Assembly (NCBI GenBank): GCA_050331735.1
Contig: JBHJGN010000011.1
Location: 128,001-192,000, forward strand
Length of the DNA stretch: 64,000 bases
Source: Cyanophyceae cyanobacterium
GTDB taxonomy: Bacteria > Cyanobacteriota > Cyanobacteriia > Cyanobacteriales > JBHJGN01
Direction of reading: 5' to 3'
Shown: piece by piece, positions 61,334-64,000 of the stretch
How positions within the stretch are numbered: position 1 is the stretch's first letter
Layout: every line of letters starts with the position of its first letter
Notes under the pieces: model-generated
Seen by the model: the letters and a program-made list of their open reading frames with translations, nothing else
Told to the model about the DNA's origin: nothing
The model's database searches: none
Made by a program: the position numbers and the translations under genes

Positions 61334-61474
61334 CGTTTAGTGAAAACGGCAATCAGTAAACGAAGGGAGCGATGAGCTACTTAAGGGTTGGCGATCGCTG
61401 CTGAGCCAAGGTTTCCAAAAAAGTTGTGAGAACTTGCTACTCTAGAAACAAACACCCTACAAAGGCAATCAAGA

Positions 61475-62062
61475 ATGAGACATCGAGAAACCTCTCTGTC
61501 CCGGGAACTAAAGGCGCAGGCCACTATCCTTGGTGGCTTTATTTCGGTTTTTTGGCTGGCAGAACTTGTGGATCGGTTCTTGTTCGGCGGTAGACTGGAT
61601 CTGTTTGGCATCATTCCGCAGCGGCTGATTGGGCTACGCGGCATTCTGTTTGCCCCCTTTCTGCACGGTAATTTTCCTCACCTGATCGCCAATACTATTC
61701 CTTTCCTCACTCTCGGCTGGCTGGTCATGCTTCAAGAAACCAGTGATTTTTGGATTGTGACTCTGATCACCATGATCGTTGGTGGTTTGGGGGTGTGGCT
61801 AATCGGCATTCCTGGGTCGGTTCACGTAGGTGCGAGCATTCTTATCTTTGGCTACCTTGGGTTTCTGCTGCTGCGGGGGTATTTTCAGCGCAACCTCCCC
61901 TCAATCGTGCTGTCTCTGGTTGTCGGCTTTTTCTATGGCGGATTAATTTGGGGCGTATTGCCGACAAGACCGGGAATTTCCTGGGAAGGACACCTGTTTG
62001 GATTTTTGGGAGGTGTGCTAGCGGCTCGCCTGATTGCAAAAGAGAAACAAACCTATTCCTAA
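61475..62062 (+). CDS. Rhomboid intramembrane serine protease
   Basis: PFLHGNFPHLIAN, HVGAS (catalytic Ser), ISWEGHLFG (catalytic His). Confidence 0.93.
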   Translation: MRHRETSLSRELKAQATILGGFISVFWLAELVDRFLFGGRLDLFGIIPQRLIGLRGILFAPFLHGNFPHLIANTIPFLTLGWLVMLQETSDFWIVTLITMIVGGLGVWLIGIPGSVHVGASILIFGYLGFLLLRGYFQRNLPSIVLSLVVGFFYGGLIWGVLPTRPGISWEGHLFGFLGGVLAARLIAKEKQTYS

Positions 62063-62066
62063 TTTT

Positions 62067-62993
62067 TCAAGAAAAAATTAGGACAATATAGCCAACGTAG
62101 GTGGCTAGCAAAATGACTCCTTCCCAACGTTCTATTCTTAATTGAGTAGAAATAAGGGGCAGGACAACAATGCTAATGCCAATGGCAATCCAGAGATCGA
62201 ACCCCGTAATATTGGCTGATACGGCAATTGGGTTAAAAACGGCGGTTGTGCCTAAAATCCCAAGAACATTAAAGATATTGGAGCCAATTAAATTACCGAG
62301 CACAATATTTCCCTCGCGCTTCATTGCCGCGACTAAGCTACTGGCAAGTTCTGGGAGACTTGTGCCTACAGCGACGATACTGAGTCCGATTACTCGCTCC
62401 GATATGCCGACGTTGCGCGCTAAATCGACCGCTCCTAACACTAAACTCTGTGCTCCTGCAACTAGCAACGCAATGCCAGCAACCACGCCAACAACCGACC
62501 ATTTCACTGATTTATTTTGTCCGTACTCTTGGGTAAATTCATCATCTCCCAAGGAAGCATCGTTTTTAAAGAGATAGAGCAGGTACAGCACCAGTAAACC
62601 ACATAGGATGGCTCCTTCGACTCGGTTGATAGTCTCATCGACGCTAAAGGGAACCAGCAAAATCACCGCAAAGATCATAAACGGAACTTCGCGCCGAATG
62701 AATTGAGAAGATGCGCGTAGAGGAAAGATGATGGCGGATAGTCCAAGAATTAAACCCAGATTGGCAATGTTGGAGCCAACGACATTGCCGACTGCCATAT
62801 CAGGCGCTCCTTGAAGCGTAGCGGTCAGGGTCGCTAATAGCTCAGGACTAGAGGTTCCAAAGGCAACAATCGTTAAGCCAATAACGGCTGGACTGAGCCG
62901 CAGAGAGAGGGCAAGACGAGACGAATGATTGACTAGTACTTCACCCCCGAAGTAAAGTAAGGCAATCCCGATCAGAATTAAGAGAATTTCCAT
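62067..62993 (-). CDS. Calcium/sodium antiporter (CaCA, YrbG-like)
   Basis: Alpha repeats IVAFGTSSPEL...GNVVGSNIAN and IVAVGTSLPEL...GNLIGSNIFN. Start at MEIL. Confidence 0.94.
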   Translation of the reverse strand: MEILLILIGIALLYFGGEVLVNHSSRLALSLRLSPAVIGLTIVAFGTSSPELLATLTATLQGAPDMAVGNVVGSNIANLGLILGLSAIIFPLRASSQFIRREVPFMIFAVILLVPFSVDETINRVEGAILCGLLVLYLLYLFKNDASLGDDEFTQEYGQNKSVKWSVVGVVAGIALLVAGAQSLVLGAVDLARNVGISERVIGLSIVAVGTSLPELASSLVAAMKREGNIVLGNLIGSNIFNVLGILGTTAVFNPIAVSANITGFDLWIAIGISIVVLPLISTQLRIERWEGVILLATYVGYIVLIFS

Positions 62994-63065
62994 GTAGGAC
63001 GGTAGTCGCAATATATTACTACTACCATTGTGACTGCCCAATCTTTCGGCTAAAAGCAAATTTTT

Positions 63066-63149
63066 TTAAGCCAGCAGAATAACAAGCATCAAAAACCCGA
63101 AGAGCGTGATTCCTGATGAAAAGAAGATAGATTCAGTAATTGATTTCAT
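63066..63149 (-). CDS. Putative 27-aa single-TM micro-protein
   Basis: MKSITESIFFSSGITLFGFLMLVILLA*; uninterrupted hydrophobic segment, AGGGAAAG upstream and an HLR1 box 34 nt before the ATG. Confidence 0.55.
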   Translation of the reverse strand: MKSITESIFFSSGITLFGFLMLVILLA

Positions 63150-63182
63150 CGCTGTTATAATCTTTCCCTATTACTTTTAACT

Positions 63183-63200
63183 AATGTAACGCAATGTAAA
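63183..63200 (-). promoter_or_regulatory. HLR1 (RpaB-binding) direct repeat
   Basis: Minus strand TTTACATT-GC-GTTACATT is an exact match to (G/T)TTACA(T/A)(T/A)-N2-(G/T)TTACA(T/A)(T/A). Confidence 0.8.
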
Positions 63201-63222
63201 GAATTATTGCAACAAATCACTG

Positions 63223-63291
63223 TTTTGTTATTGATCATCGGTCGTTAGTCCTTTGGTTCCAAGGACCAAGGACTAACGACGAATAACAAAA
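63223..63291 (-). terminator. Long hairpin directly downstream of narB
   Basis: Inner 13-bp stem GTCGTTAGTCCTT / AAGGACTAACGAC plus outer stem TTTTGTTATT / AATAACAAAA. Confidence 0.65.
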
Positions 63292-63295
63292 TGCT

Positions 63296-64000
63296 CTATC
63301 GCTGCACAGACAGAGGTTCAGGAGTTAGCTCCCGAAAAGCCACCTCCCCAGCTTCAACAACAGGAACAATCTGAACGGCACAGGCTTTGAGTTCTGGCTC
63401 TAGAGAAATGGGGCAGGCTTCCGGATGTGTCAGGATATTAGCTTCAGCAAAGTCTGCCCAGAGTGCGCCCCAGTGCATCGGGACAAATACCGTTCCGGGG
63501 GCGATCGCCTTAGTCACCTTAGCCGGAAAGCGAGCCAGTCCTCGGCGTGATCGCACCTCAACCCACTGCCCCGCTTCAACCGCTAGCTTTTGAGCATCGC
63601 GGGGATGAATTTCAATAAAAGGTTCTGGGTGCATCTGCTTAATTTTGTCGATGCGTCCTGTACGGGTTTGGGTATGCCAGTGCCCGTAAAGCCGACCAAC
63701 GGTGAGCACGAAAGGATACTGCTCGTCGGCTGGTTCAGCCAGTCCTTGAGAATGGAACGCCGCAAACTTCGCCCGTCCATCCTCCGTGGGAAAAGACCAG
63801 TTGGTATAAAGCCGCTTAGCCGGGATAGGCTTAGAATCCTCTTTCCCCTTTTCCCTTTCCCCTTTCCCCTGATCCTCTTCCGGGCAAGGCCACTGAATCG
63901 GTCCTTCTGCGCGCAGGCGATCGTAATTAATCCCGGTCTGGTCGCAGAGTTGCCCGTTCGTAAACCGCACAAATTCAGCGTAAACCGCCGCCGAGTCAGT
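63296..64000 (-). CDS. narB: Ferredoxin-nitrate reductase-type molybdopterin oxidoreductase, C-terminal part
   Basis: [13 protein letters not shown]...[54 protein letters not shown]; the frame is open to the window end. Confidence 0.85.
   Translation of the reverse strand, partial: TDSAAVYAEFVRFTNGQLCDQTGINYDRLRAEGPIQWPCPEEDQGKGEREKGKEDSKPIPAKRLYTNWSFPTEDGRAKFAAFHSQGLAEPADEQYPFVLTVGRLYGHWHTQTRTGRIDKIKQMHPEPFIEIHPRDAQKLAVEAGQWVEVRSRRGLARFPAKVTKAIAPGTVFVPMHWGALWADFAEANILTHPEACPISLEPELKACAVQIVPVVEAGEVAFRELTPEPLSVQR

Larger units (their letters stand above)
1..64000. repeat. HIP1 highly iterated palindrome (GCGATCGC), dispersed
   Basis: GCGATCGC occurs dozens of times in coding and non-coding DNA, e.g. 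near 271, 793, 4572, 7438, 11369, tandem at 22584-22599, 34662, 63501. This is a cyanobacterial genome signature. Confidence 0.97.

Noticed and set aside
1..64000. CRISPR arrays, tRNA/rRNA genes, intact transposases, integrases or prophage genes
   Set aside because: No regularly spaced 25-40-bp repeats, cloverleaf or rRNA signatures, or such ORFs were seen by eye; only 7-bp STRRs and HIP1.

Overview
A 64-kb stretch of cyanobacterial chromosome. The octamer HIP1 (GCGATCGC) is very frequent, heptameric STRR-type repeats occur, and there are NtcA and HLR1 boxes. Core genes include an iscS-like desulfurase, moeB/JAB, glmU, gatB, argJ, alaS, a stand-alone second EF-G, nrrA, grxD, exbB-exbD-exbD and the 3' end of narB. 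A dispersed set of stress/desiccation-type genes is present: SRPBCC-hypothetical-hypothetical-Zn-ADH, chaB, HCP-hpnH, a GH31 glucosidase and treZ-treY. Small accessory genes and remnants are scattered through the window: Uma2 x4, DUF29 x2, hicA, phzF and DUF6888/6887. The most notable observations are: (1) an unannotated 27-aa hydrophobic micro-ORF behind a perfect HLR1 (RpaB) box; (2) a recurring imperfect 16-bp palindrome upstream of five transcription units, mostly stress-type; (3) a ~420-bp ORF-less IS200/IS605 derivative that keeps both end hairpins and a probable omega-RNA tail; (4) a long, strand-specifically structured leader of the second fusA; (5) a Nif11-leader protein with an atypical tail; (6) a PEP-CTERM-anchored nucleoside hydrolase; (7) a phzF(pseudo)-dapA-aminotransferase cassette. 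No rRNA, tRNA or CRISPR array was seen. All family calls come from reading motifs by eye, not from database searches.
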